Below are positions 9,801 through 18,865 of a stretch of 36,249 nt of DNA, piece by piece (positions within the stretch are counted from its first letter, which is position 1; each line of letters opens with the position of its first letter). The notes below the pieces were generated by a model. The model had not been told where the DNA came from. It worked only from the letters and a program-made list of their open reading frames with translations, and ran no database searches. Position numbers and translations under genes: made by a program. This DNA comes from a virus (Duplodnaviria > Caudoviricetes), in the IMG/VR virus record IMGVR_UViG_3300028423_000524, positions 1 through 36,249 of that record; one strand, given 5' to 3'.

Positions 9801-12730
9801 AAGACACGCGATTAGATGATTTGAGTGAAATGTTTGGTGATGACATTTACGGTCAAAATGCTCTACAGTATTACGGAGCCGGACAAGATGGTGAAAGCGA
9901 AGCAATTCAGGTTTTTCAACGGGTTCGCGGCAAGCCTGATGCGAATGTCACAGTCTATCGAGTCGTTCCTGACTTCGTGGATGAGATCAACCCTGGCGAT
10001 TGGGTGACGGTCTCAAAAAAGGCTGCGGAACAAATGAATTACCCTGAGTTCCTTGGGCGCAACGATCAAGGCAACGAGCAAAAATCAAAGATCGTTAGCA
10101 AAGTAGTTAAGGCCGAGGAAGTGCGCTGGCCGGGTGATTCGCTTTTAGAGCAAGGTTATTTCCCTAGCTATTCACTTGGCCGGGCTAAAGTGAAGACAAA
10201 CCCGGAAACGCAAACCTACCCGACGAAGGACGGCGTTCTGATCGGTCCGGCCACCTATTCGCTGAAAGCCTTCCACGGCACTCCGCACAAGGTGGACAAG
10301 TTCAAGACTGAGAACATCGGCACAGGCGAAGGGGCGCAGGCTTACGGGTATGGGCTTTACTTTGCGGAGAATGAGGAAGTGGCGAAAGACTACCAGAATG
10401 TTTTAAGTGGGCGCTCGCTTAAAGCAAAAGACGGGCGCCCGTTCCTTGACTTGGTGGAGCGACCGGGGGCAAAAAAAATTCTTAACGAAATTTCATTTGC
10501 GTTAAGTTTAGGGAAGAATTTTGACAACGAAATAGCGGTTTTGGAAAATAGAATCGAAACCGCTAGTAGGTTTATTGGTAGAGACGACAATCCGGCCGAT
10601 AACGAGAAATTTGTCGAGGATGCAAAGGAGGCACTTGAAGCACTTAAAGAGCTTGAGGCTGGACCAGGAGGCTCCCTCTACACCGTAGAGCTAAACGTCG
10701 AGCCCGACGAACTGCTTGATTGGGATGCGCCGTTGAGCGAGCAAGGCCAGCTAATCGAAAAATTAAGAGAGCTTGTTGTTGGGGATATAGATGAAAAACT
10801 CGAATCTATAGAAGAACGCTTTGAAGAACATGAGGACATGCCAATGGGCGACAATGCCCGCAGGTGGATAGATGCCTTAGTTGAGGACGTTTATGACCTT
10901 GATGCGCTTGAGGACGCAAAAGCAGTTGATGAAGCGCTGGCCGATGAATTAATGGAAGTTATTCAAGATTTAGATATTTTGAATCCATTGGCGACCGGAT
11001 CGCAGGCTTATTCGGCAATTCAAAGCGTTATCAAAAGCAACGAACAGGGAGCTTCCGAAGCCCTTGCCTCCCTCGGCATCAAAGGAATCCGCTATCTGGA
11101 CGGCGCAAGTCGTAGCGACGGCGAAGGCTCCCGCAACTACGTCATTTTCAACGAAGAAGACATCACCATCACCGAGGAAAACGGGGAGCCTGTGAGCTTG
11201 GCGACGTATCAGCTAAAGCGCATCACCGAAACGCCCGAGTTTCAAAACTGGTTCGGCGACTCCAAGGTGGTCGACGAGAATGGCGAGCCGTTGGTGGTTT
11301 ATCACGGGACGGATGCGGACTTTTCTCAATTCGATGCTAATCGTGGGATCGGGGTTCACCTTGGGACAATTGACCAAGCGGAAGGGGTGGCTGATGAGAT
11401 TGCCGATGAGGGCGGCACGGCTGCCATTTATCCGGTTTACGCTTCGATAAAAAAATCAATCCGCCTTCGTGATGAAGGTGCGTGGGAAGGTAGGACAGTT
11501 GTCAACATGGTCAATGAGATCGCGGGGACCAGCTTGAGGCCATCGGCAAGCTCCCGCGACATTCGCGCGGCTTTGCAAGAATTGGGGTATGACGGCATCG
11601 TTTATGAAAACAGGTTCGAAGGTGATGAGTACGCGGACTCTTATATCGCCTTCGACCCCACCCAAATCAAATCCGCAACGGGCAACCGTGGCACGTTCGA
11701 CCCGGACGATCCGAGGATCACTTACAGTATGGTCCGCATCGACGACCTTGGCGGCGATCCCAACGAAACTTACACCGTTCGCGAGCGAACCCCGGAAGAG
11801 CGGGTGCTCGCTCAAAAGCTCCGCGAGTTTCGCACGGATACCTGGCTCACTCAGGCGCAAAAGAACCGGATCAACAAGACCCCTGCGGACGGGAGGGCGA
11901 AGCTTCGGGCAGAGTTCGAAAAAGACTTTAAGCGTGAATTGAAAGTCCTCCAGACGAAGGCCACTGAATCGCGCAAGCGTCAACGTCTCCAGCAGTCCGC
12001 AGAGCGCAAGATTGCCAAGGTCGAGGCCCGGCGGCTGGAGCAAATCAAAACCCTGCACGATCAGGGTGAGGACGTGACGGCCAAACTGGAGGAACTGGAC
12101 CGGATCAAGAAGGGGCTCCCCACGGCTGTCCGGCACCGCCTGGGGGGTGAAGTGCAGGTTTCCCGGCGCAAGACCCGCATGGGCAGGCAGAACGAAGTCA
12201 ACCGGCGGCTTGTGCGGGCGCGTGAGCTGGCCGAAGGACACGAAGCGACCCGGCGGAAGGCTTGGCTGCGGCGGACGTTGAACAGGTTCGGGCATCGCGG
12301 GCAGAAAGCTCAAAAGCAGGCCGACGAAATGACAGCCTATGTTCGCGACCTGCTTCAAGTGGCCGGATACGCAGCCAACTCCGATACAGTTGAGCGCGTT
12401 AAAGAAGGTGTCCCGAAACCGGAAACCCTCACGGATGCAGAGTATGAGCAAACTATTGTAGACTTTCTTGGAATACTACAGCCTCACCGCCGGGACTTTG
12501 GACGGATTGAGGCCGCGTATTTTGCAACACAAGACCTTATCCGTTCTGGGAAATATGAACGGGCACAGTTCCGAGAGGCGCGAAAGGCTGAAGCTCAAGA
12601 ACGTATCGAGAAAGGGCAGGAAATCGTTTTGAGGGGCAAGCCGACGCCAGACGCAAACGAGCTGAAAGCAAAAAATCTTAGCCGGACGAAGCTTGATCGA
12701 AGTATGTCGAATATTCGTTGGGTATTTTGA
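6869..12730 (+). CDS. large internal virion / polyvalent protein (gp16-like) with ART-like modules; probably continues into 12693..14654
   Basis: 1953 aa. Contains FQNWFGDSKVVDENGEPLVVYHGT, FHGTPH..KF....IGTGEGAQAYGYGLYF and VYRVVP....INPGDWVT blocks typical of phage polyvalent proteins, plus a degenerate FHEVSE zincin-like motif. Confidence 0.75.
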   Translation: MTWDPFKDEDAKLIEDAPEWDPFRDEGAKQLDADPVKVIDVDPSAFKGREGYGEPEKVAVADWLEKNHSVKFEDGVRDYEGKAKAFGLSGDPKGDFETLKHRESTLNARRLKSLNPTFGGTPEAKASLAKMGREGVEFIDKAPRTAAASLARSGFSTAEGVFRGTGEVFMRYTPNGWLLNKLGLDLRDATEPVAQWLSEAEEISGRAYGEDRRFRETLLGQTIQGASSLAPRAASGGVGGMAAGATGAKLAFGAAAGGLYFNEGISEAESTIGKQFQDFTEEEKSGAVFTSVVYSVVAGAVDRYAFGKMGLGKLIGGKNPQVGKRTVRRVIEGALSEGGAEWTQGRVLKQFADWFQDQDREVWTMDALKESWRDFLIGAIVGGGVGGGSRVMETLVQESEAGMKAEIDAFTTRQLPFTESGEYNPFYRPEPLFDKDGNADAKVLELSKQIRGLGDSEEDQIKKSELEEQLSARLQQLAETRVDPTSRDAAQLRKFNTKLAMGLNPTEGATPADWKFIDEYYSDEEVGAHVVQATGSEDLVPLALEAKHGDEEAQMEYVNRTLVPADSEIMVEGGVTPEEAEAAHMNWAREAGNAEQRRELTKEELEKEAFEWAKSFRGDRLFEGQSIEDLTNQSLTFEDDLNALRDQGVPEWKIERFAFEAIQAAGYDPTDPDNAPSKMAINGRNEYEFRRGVWRDVSKLFRGANALTVFHEVSEGHLKREINEGNLDWYAVATWREMMGDGPSAGQVDLESAAEQKKLTEWTSEQVESWLLGKTKALEREGQMPKTFRTWLTAVFTEIKHLLKRAAQLKGMDRRGELDPEFKAFLERSNGLDENFLRERLEPPAESVSGDTSVTLAEYLSESPGLTKTGLPRPDMLADPQWRTEVERLWEFTGKNWKRYPKHDPANLDDLAMGMRSAGFDVRTVDDALQLVERSLSGEEVRSFGDSAFEGFDSGRDAAGNAASYQLQYRINHQPHEEDTRLDDLSEMFGDDIYGQNALQYYGAGQDGESEAIQVFQRVRGKPDANVTVYRVVPDFVDEINPGDWVTVSKKAAEQMNYPEFLGRNDQGNEQKSKIVSKVVKAEEVRWPGDSLLEQGYFPSYSLGRAKVKTNPETQTYPTKDGVLIGPATYSLKAFHGTPHKVDKFKTENIGTGEGAQAYGYGLYFAENEEVAKDYQNVLSGRSLKAKDGRPFLDLVERPGAKKILNEISFALSLGKNFDNEIAVLENRIETASRFIGRDDNPADNEKFVEDAKEALEALKELEAGPGGSLYTVELNVEPDELLDWDAPLSEQGQLIEKLRELVVGDIDEKLESIEERFEEHEDMPMGDNARRWIDALVEDVYDLDALEDAKAVDEALADELMEVIQDLDILNPLATGSQAYSAIQSVIKSNEQGASEALASLGIKGIRYLDGASRSDGEGSRNYVIFNEEDITITEENGEPVSLATYQLKRITETPEFQNWFGDSKVVDENGEPLVVYHGTDADFSQFDANRGIGVHLGTIDQAEGVADEIADEGGTAAIYPVYASIKKSIRLRDEGAWEGRTVVNMVNEIAGTSLRPSASSRDIRAALQELGYDGIVYENRFEGDEYADSYIAFDPTQIKSATGNRGTFDPDDPRITYSMVRIDDLGGDPNETYTVRERTPEERVLAQKLREFRTDTWLTQAQKNRINKTPADGRAKLRAEFEKDFKRELKVLQTKATESRKRQRLQQSAERKIAKVEARRLEQIKTLHDQGEDVTAKLEELDRIKKGLPTAVRHRLGGEVQVSRRKTRMGRQNEVNRRLVRARELAEGHEATRRKAWLRRTLNRFGHRGQKAQKQADEMTAYVRDLLQVAGYAANSDTVERVKEGVPKPETLTDAEYEQTIVDFLGILQPHRRDFGRIEAAYFATQDLIRSGKYERAQFREARKAEAQERIEKGQEIVLRGKPTPDANELKAKNLSRTKLDRSMSNIRWVF

Positions 12731-14654
12731 GAACGAAATCTTTTTCCCTGTTTTTAAGGCGGAAGAAATGGAATTAACGCTAGAGAGGGAACACAAAGAA
12801 ACGACGATTGCAGATATTGATGAAATTACGGGGAAAAACAACAGAGAGAGGGCTAACTGGTTAAGGCGAGCGCAAGAAGATTTTTTTGATACGAATATCG
12901 AATATGATTCAGGGTTCGGAATGAAGAAGCGGAAGCTTTCGATCATGCAAGGGGTCTCCATCCTCAATCACTGGGAAGATATGTCGCTACGGCCTACATT
13001 TGCTAGGATGGGGATCACAGAAGAGACGATAAACGAAGTTCGGGCTTTTGTAGGGAAAAGGGGCGTGGCTTTGTCCGAGTATCTCCGGGAACGTTATGGA
13101 AGCATTGGGCAGGTAGTCAAAGAGCGGCACAATGAAGTTGAGGGCTTCCCCCTTGATTTGGTGAACAACTACGGCGGTAAGGTGATTCGGGCAAATACAG
13201 GTAAAGAGGTCGAAGACGAATCCCTACTCGACTACGATCCGAACACCGGGCGTCCCACTGTGAAAAACGGATCATTTAAGGCGCGGACAGAAAACACTCA
13301 ACCTATTGTTTTCGGAGACGCGCTAAATGATTTTATGTGGCACATGCAGGAAATGCACCATTACATTTCCCACGCAGAAGCAGCCAAACGGCTGACGATG
13401 ACCTTTGGTCGGGACAGTGCGGAGAGTCAAGAGATGCGGCGGGCTATCTATACGGCTCACGGCCCGGCTTACCTAAAGGCTTTAGACGAAAGTATTGAAC
13501 GTATTATTCGCGGCGGTTTTAGCGAGACTAAAAAAATGTGGTCGATGCTGGATGAGTTTCGCGGCAATCTGACAAAGGGGACACTTGCACTAAAGCCGGA
13601 CATCACGGTGAAGCAGCTTGTTTCCGCTCCGGCTTTTATTGATGAAATCGGGGTAAAAGAATACTCAAAGATGTATGCGGAAGTGATTCGGAACGGCCTT
13701 AAATGGTATCCCGAAATTTACCGCTTAAACTACACAAAGAACCGATTGAGCAATTCGCAGTTTTCCGATATACAAGACCAGATCAATCGGCGTCGATCCG
13801 CGTTAAAGAAGTTTGATTACAGTGATGCGCTAATGATCAACGTGAAGGCTGGAGATATTGGTGCCATTATGATGGGGGGCGCTCCGGTTTACGTATATTA
13901 TTACAAAAAAGCGAAGAAGGAGGGAAAAAGCGACGCCGAGGCTCGGGAATATGCGGAAATTCGTTTTGGCGCGGCTGCTGATCGTGCTCAACAATCTTCA
14001 AAAGAGTCCAGCAAGGGTTTTTACTTAGGGTCGAATAATGGAGGCTTTGGGCGCACTTTCTTCATGTATATGACTAGCCCGATGCAATATTTGCGAATTG
14101 AAAATGTGAGCTTTTACAACTTTTACAAAGCACTTCAAGCTGTTCACAAAAACGAACCTGCAAAATTAAAGAAAGTATCAAAAGAGTTGGCGAGCGCATT
14201 TGTTTTTTTTCATGTGCTCTTACCGCAACTCTTTCAGGCGGTTGCCTCTGGTTTGACACTTTTCGGAGATGATGACGATGTTGTTGAAAGGTTTTGGGCG
14301 CGGCAAAGGAAAGCTTTCATTCTGGGGCCTGCACTTACCTTCCCGGTTGTCGGTGGTATTGCTGAACAGATCACAAACTATTACACAGGGCTGACAGATG
14401 AAAACTTTTTTGGTTCCTCGGGTTCACCTATGTTGGACGGGGTCACGAATGGAGGGAGAAAAGTTGTCAAATTCCTCACAGACCCAACTCCTGGGGCGTT
14501 TTTTGATGTGCTTCAAGATGTGGCGCAATTTAAGGGTATCCCGCTTAAGCAGGGTGTAGAGCAATTTGAGGCGATTGACGACGTAATGAAAGGCGAAACA
14601 GATTTCCCGATTCAACGACTAGGCGGCTGGAGCGAATGGGCGCTCGGCGAGTAG
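12693..14654 (+). CDS. probable C-terminal part of the large internal virion protein (out of frame)
   Basis: No good start or RBS; overlaps the upstream ORF end; helical with hydrophobic C-terminal segments as in gp16-like C-termini. Confidence 0.6.
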   Translation: MIEVCRIFVGYFENEIFFPVFKAEEMELTLEREHKETTIADIDEITGKNNRERANWLRRAQEDFFDTNIEYDSGFGMKKRKLSIMQGVSILNHWEDMSLRPTFARMGITEETINEVRAFVGKRGVALSEYLRERYGSIGQVVKERHNEVEGFPLDLVNNYGGKVIRANTGKEVEDESLLDYDPNTGRPTVKNGSFKARTENTQPIVFGDALNDFMWHMQEMHHYISHAEAAKRLTMTFGRDSAESQEMRRAIYTAHGPAYLKALDESIERIIRGGFSETKKMWSMLDEFRGNLTKGTLALKPDITVKQLVSAPAFIDEIGVKEYSKMYAEVIRNGLKWYPEIYRLNYTKNRLSNSQFSDIQDQINRRRSALKKFDYSDALMINVKAGDIGAIMMGGAPVYVYYYKKAKKEGKSDAEAREYAEIRFGAAADRAQQSSKESSKGFYLGSNNGGFGRTFFMYMTSPMQYLRIENVSFYNFYKALQAVHKNEPAKLKKVSKELASAFVFFHVLLPQLFQAVASGLTLFGDDDDVVERFWARQRKAFILGPALTFPVVGGIAEQITNYYTGLTDENFFGSSGSPMLDGVTNGGRKVVKFLTDPTPGAFFDVLQDVAQFKGIPLKQGVEQFEAIDDVMKGETDFPIQRLGGWSEWALGE

Positions 14655-14667
14655 CAACCAATAACCC

Positions 14668-14677
14668 GGCGTATATA
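14668..14677 (+). promoter_or_regulatory. putative late promoter GGCGTATATA
   Basis: Intergenic, ends 5 nt before ATG 14683, no Shine-Dalgarno sequence. Confidence 0.6.
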
Positions 14678-14682
14678 AAGCA

Positions 14683-14976
14683 ATGGCACAAATCACTTCA
14701 ATTACCGCCAACGGCGGATCGAGCACGTCCGCATGGGCGGGTGGCAAGGGTAACTTTTCGCTTTACGGCGACTTCGGCGGGGGCGCGGCCCGGTTAGAGT
14801 ATTCTTTTGACTCCGGCACGACCTGGATTCCGATGGAAGCGCCGACACTCGGCGAGCTTGGCATCACCCGGAATAAGGGCATCAACTTCGAGCTTCCGGC
14901 CTGCGACCTTCGGGTTTTCGTTGTCCGGGCCGACACCGGTAGCCTGAGCCTGACCGCGAACATCGAGGCGATTTAA
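14683..14976 (+). CDS. small beta-rich virion/tail-associated protein
   Basis: G.FGG....LEYSFDSGTTWIP motif; TAATG coupling to the tail spike gene. Confidence 0.55.
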   Translation: MAQITSITANGGSSTSAWAGGKGNFSLYGDFGGGAARLEYSFDSGTTWIPMEAPTLGELGITRNKGINFELPACDLRVFVVRADTGSLSLTANIEAI

Positions 14977-17333
14977 TGGCTAAGTCGGCAGTCAGTTCAG
15001 TGGTCAAATCGGTGGTTGCGTCGGCGGTCGGTCCGGCGGGAGGCATCACCTACGACAAGACCGACCGCGCCCTCGACCTCGGCAACCTGACCGCGCAAAC
15101 CGCGCCGGACCTGAGCGGCAACGACAACGACGCCACGCTCGCCAGTAACGTCTATTTCAGCACTGACGGCAGCCAAGGCAAGGGCATCCAAGCGGACTGC
15201 TCGGCGGAGGGCAGCGGGACGTATCGTTTAAAAGGCAACTGCGGCGCCGACTCAGTGGGGCAAAAATTTGCGCAAATCAATTCCTCCGAGGATGGAGAGG
15301 GCCGGATTACAATTGGTTCCGGTGGGGTTGACGAGTGGATTGAGTTTACCACGACCTCCATGACGGGCGTTCCTAACAACGTGGTTGTTGGGTGGTCGGA
15401 TCAGACCGGAACCTATTTCCCGATGGACTGGAGTGACATCCGCCTACAAAAACAGGTCGGCTCAGATTGGGTAACCGTCGCCCACTGGCAAGGCATCGAC
15501 AGCGAGGACGCCTCCCTCGACGGCTACCCCTGCCTCGACTCCAGCGGCAACGGCTACCACGGCACCCACAGCGCAGGCGTGGCAGGCGGCGGCGGCGAGA
15601 CGGGCGGCCTCCAGACAATGGGGGTGGATTGGAATCGCTATTCTTACGGAGCGGGTCAGTTAATACCAGATCCGCAAGATGGAGACCGACTGGTGTCCTC
15701 TATGGGGCAGGCTTTGGTTTGTCCGAATCTTATAGACGATAATGTGATAAATGACGAACTGGGAACAGATGTGTCAGGTTGGGCGAACTCGGATGCAACA
15801 TACACTCAGGGCAGCGAGTTTGCTACCTTCTCGGCCAATGTTCCACCAAAATCAGGATCAACGAGAAAGGCGATTCCTCAACTAAATGGAGGCAACCACA
15901 TTTTTTATTTAAAAGTAGGGGCAGATGATGTATCCGGTAGTGGTGTAAATTTTGAACTTCGAGATAGTGTCGGCGGCAACTCGACAGTAATAGTCACTCT
16001 TGGCTACAACTGGACAACCTTTTCCTATGAGCAGCAACGAATCTCGATGGGGGTCAGAAAATCTGGTAGCTTAGTTGGCATTGCTGGGCCTTCGGTAGAT
16101 TTTAGCGCAAGCCCAGCGAGGATTGCCGTTGTCTACGACAAGACTTACACTTCCTTTTCTTTATATATTTTAGAATCGGGATTATGGAGATTCTATGGTG
16201 GCGTAGTTAGTGATCGTCCGTCAATAGACAGCTTGGGAATATCATCAGGGGGCGGCGATTCAGCCGATGCATACGTCTACTATTTACTTAATGCAAAGCC
16301 AAATATTGTTAGCACTGGGTCAAGTATTGTTGCTGGTCACAATTCATTCGACCCTAATCCTGATTTTTACGGTGGATTAGATGATTATAATTCGCAATAC
16401 CAATACCACTTACCCGACTCGCTTTACCCTAGATTCAGAAATACTTTAGTATTCAACTCGGGCGTAGGGGGAGAAGACACAGGGGAACTTTTAACTAGAC
16501 TGCCCACCGTAATATCCGAGTCGGACGCGCGGTTGTTTTTAATGGGGCCAAACATTAATGATTACGGAAGCGGGTTCACTCTACAAGAACGCACGGACAA
16601 TATGACGGATGCCGTTACGTTGGTTGAAGAGTCGGGCGCAACACCAGTCCTTGTAAATGAGGTTTATCCAAACGGGGCAAACGGGGCTTACTACAAAGAA
16701 TGGTGGGACAATTATCGAACACAGACAGGCGCAAGTGCTTATATTAACCCAATGACTGTCCTTGCTGATGTTAATGGATATGTGGACTCCGATTATGTTA
16801 CGGATGGAGTTCATCCGAATGTTATGGGTTATCAACTGATGGGCGAATACGTTAGGGACAACCTGCCTGCTGTAGGGTTATCAGACGCCCTCGGCAACCC
16901 GCTCGACTTCACCCGCCCGAACGCCCGAGTCCTCAACGGCGCAGTGCCGGGCAGCTACGCGACCGTAGCCGACGACGCGACCCGCGACAGCACCAACGTA
17001 TTTGCCGCGTGGGTTTACCACGATGGCACGGACGGCGTGATTGCGGACTACTCGGACGGAGCGGGGACGGTGGACATTGAGATTGTCAGCGACGCGATTG
17101 TCACGACCGGGCTGACGACCCCTGGCGCATTTGTGGGCAACAAGACGACCGCAATGGCCAACACGGACGCCGTGACGGAGGGGTGGAACTACATCTTTGT
17201 GACCTTTGCGGACTTTAGCCCAACCGCCGCAACCCGCTACTACGGACGACAAGGGCACATCATCGAATACACCGAGAGCAAGACCCTCGCTCAAGCTGAG
17301 AAGAACCGCAAGGCCCTTAAATCTAAATATTAA
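14976..17333 (+). CDS. tail spike/fibre with SGNH/GDSL esterase domain
   Basis: SGNH blocks TGSSI (I), NSGVGGE (II), GPNIND (III), DGVHPN (V); DLSGNDN/DSSGNGYHGT motifs of LamG-like tail proteins. Confidence 0.7.
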   Translation: MAKSAVSSVVKSVVASAVGPAGGITYDKTDRALDLGNLTAQTAPDLSGNDNDATLASNVYFSTDGSQGKGIQADCSAEGSGTYRLKGNCGADSVGQKFAQINSSEDGEGRITIGSGGVDEWIEFTTTSMTGVPNNVVVGWSDQTGTYFPMDWSDIRLQKQVGSDWVTVAHWQGIDSEDASLDGYPCLDSSGNGYHGTHSAGVAGGGGETGGLQTMGVDWNRYSYGAGQLIPDPQDGDRLVSSMGQALVCPNLIDDNVINDELGTDVSGWANSDATYTQGSEFATFSANVPPKSGSTRKAIPQLNGGNHIFYLKVGADDVSGSGVNFELRDSVGGNSTVIVTLGYNWTTFSYEQQRISMGVRKSGSLVGIAGPSVDFSASPARIAVVYDKTYTSFSLYILESGLWRFYGGVVSDRPSIDSLGISSGGGDSADAYVYYLLNAKPNIVSTGSSIVAGHNSFDPNPDFYGGLDDYNSQYQYHLPDSLYPRFRNTLVFNSGVGGEDTGELLTRLPTVISESDARLFLMGPNINDYGSGFTLQERTDNMTDAVTLVEESGATPVLVNEVYPNGANGAYYKEWWDNYRTQTGASAYINPMTVLADVNGYVDSDYVTDGVHPNVMGYQLMGEYVRDNLPAVGLSDALGNPLDFTRPNARVLNGAVPGSYATVADDATRDSTNVFAAWVYHDGTDGVIADYSDGAGTVDIEIVSDAIVTTGLTTPGAFVGNKTTAMANTDAVTEGWNYIFVTFADFSPTAATRYYGRQGHIIEYTESKTLAQAEKNRKALKSKY

Positions 17334-17334
17334 C

Positions 17335-17772
17335 ATGAGCCTGAATCACAACATCACCAACGCCACCTATTTCCTAATCACGTGGAAAACCTACAACGAG
17401 GCCCCCGTCCCGCAGGCGATCCTCGACAACTACGAGGGGAAGAACGGCATCTGGTTTCCCGCTTCTTCTGAGGACGAAGAGCCGATCCGCGTGACTACCG
17501 AGAACGCCACCATGCGCCAAGCCATCGAAGCGGCTAACACACGGCACGTTGACCCCGCCGTGCCGCTGGTCGTCACTCCCGGCGAGAAGCCCGTCGAAGT
17601 GGGGCCGGACGAGAGCCCCACTCACGCCTTTATCGGAATGCGGCAGGTCGGTGGCAGTATTGATGTGGTGGCCATGGGTATCGCGCAAGCGGAGGGGCGG
17701 CCCTACGAGCAAGTGAAACTTTCGCAGGAGCAAGCCTCGCACTTTCGCAACACAGGAGAACTTCCCGCTTAG
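17335..17772 (+). CDS. hypothetical protein (possibly tail-spike associated)
   Basis: ATG 1 nt after the spike stop; codon usage like neighbouring GC-rich genes. Confidence 0.55.
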   Translation: MSLNHNITNATYFLITWKTYNEAPVPQAILDNYEGKNGIWFPASSEDEEPIRVTTENATMRQAIEAANTRHVDPAVPLVVTPGEKPVEVGPDESPTHAFIGMRQVGGSIDVVAMGIAQAEGRPYEQVKLSQEQASHFRNTGELPA

Positions 17773-17774
17773 AT

Positions 17775-18161
17775 ATGACCGACCAACCATCCAACGACAA
17801 TGCCCGCATAGCCAACGCAGAGCGCGACATCGAGCACTTGCGCAACGACATCAAGGGTCTGCACGAAAAGAGCGACACCATTATCAAGTCGTTGGCCGAG
17901 ATGAGCCAGCATTACGCCGTCGAAGACGCCTATAAGAAAGCCAACATAAAAAGCATCGAATCCCGCCTATGCCCGAAGCCGGGGGCTTGCATCGATCTGA
18001 CGCCCCGTGTCGAAGCCCTCGAAAAGCAGTTTTCCGCCTGGCACGACGCGCAGCAACAATTCAAGGGAGCCCTGAAGACCGTGCGCACGTTCTGGCTGGG
18101 CGTCGGGGCGCTGCTCACGACGCTGGGCTGGTTTGCCAAAGAGTTTTTAACCCGTAACTGA
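17775..18161 (+). CDS. coiled-coil protein with C-terminal transmembrane helix (holin-like)
   Basis: Heptad-like N-terminus and FWLGVGALLTTLGWFA hydrophobic segment; lysis-region position. Confidence 0.5.
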   Translation: MTDQPSNDNARIANAERDIEHLRNDIKGLHEKSDTIIKSLAEMSQHYAVEDAYKKANIKSIESRLCPKPGACIDLTPRVEALEKQFSAWHDAQQQFKGALKTVRTFWLGVGALLTTLGWFAKEFLTRN

Positions 18162-18168
18162 CACTCTT

Positions 18169-18807
18169 ATGAAAACCCACCTACACAACACCATCGCGGC
18201 CTTCATCCTGGCCGCCACCGCATTCATTTCTGGATGCGCGACCTCCGACGGCACCTCCGTGACCAAGGCCGATGTCATCACTGCCGCCGAAATCGCGGCT
18301 GGCATCGTCATCGACAACGACGCCCGAGTCGATGAGGCCCTCAAAGTCGTGCGCGATGCGCGGCAGTTTATCCAGACAGGACAATCGGCCACCGTGGACG
18401 GGCTGGCCGAGTATATCATCACCCGTGCCCTGCAAAGCCAAGACCTGAGCCCCGGCCAAGTCTCCGCGATCAAGAGCTTCTTCCGGCGCTATACCGATAC
18501 GATGACGCTGGAACTCGACCAGATCGGCGTGGACCCCGATGTAATCGTCACGGCCAACGAAGTGCTGGACGCCGTCGAGCGGGTCGCCCTGGAGATCCGC
18601 AGATACGGCGCACCCCTGGAGCGTAGCTATGCCACCGCCCCGGAACCGCTCGACGAATCGCTCTTGGGCTATTTGACCGACCGGCGCACCCGAGACCGCT
18701 ACCCGCTCAGTTTGACCGCCCGCGAGTCCGCAAAAGTCGATCCGAAATGGCATGACGGCCTCCGCTGGATGCGAGACAACCCGCAACCGCTGCCGGAAGG
18801 TTTATGA
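18169..18807 (+). CDS. lipoprotein
   Basis: Signal peptide ending in the lipobox-like FISG-C. Confidence 0.6.
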   Translation: MKTHLHNTIAAFILAATAFISGCATSDGTSVTKADVITAAEIAAGIVIDNDARVDEALKVVRDARQFIQTGQSATVDGLAEYIITRALQSQDLSPGQVSAIKSFFRRYTDTMTLELDQIGVDPDVIVTANEVLDAVERVALEIRRYGAPLERSYATAPEPLDESLLGYLTDRRTRDRYPLSLTARESAKVDPKWHDGLRWMRDNPQPLPEGL

Positions 18808-18814
18808 CTCACAG

Positions 18815-18842
18815 ATGAGACGCAACCGAGTTTGTGTCTCAT
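18815..18842. repeat. intergenic inverted repeat
   Basis: ATGAGACGCAA-ccgagt-TTGTGTCTCAT; no T-tract. Confidence 0.5.
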
Positions 18843-18865
18843 AAACCCCGAAATATTGCACACAA

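Noticed and set aside
14976-17333. Diversity-generating retroelement, suggested by the BPP-1-like virion module
   Set aside because: No reverse transcriptase ORF, and no TR/VR repeat pair differing at adenines was seen.
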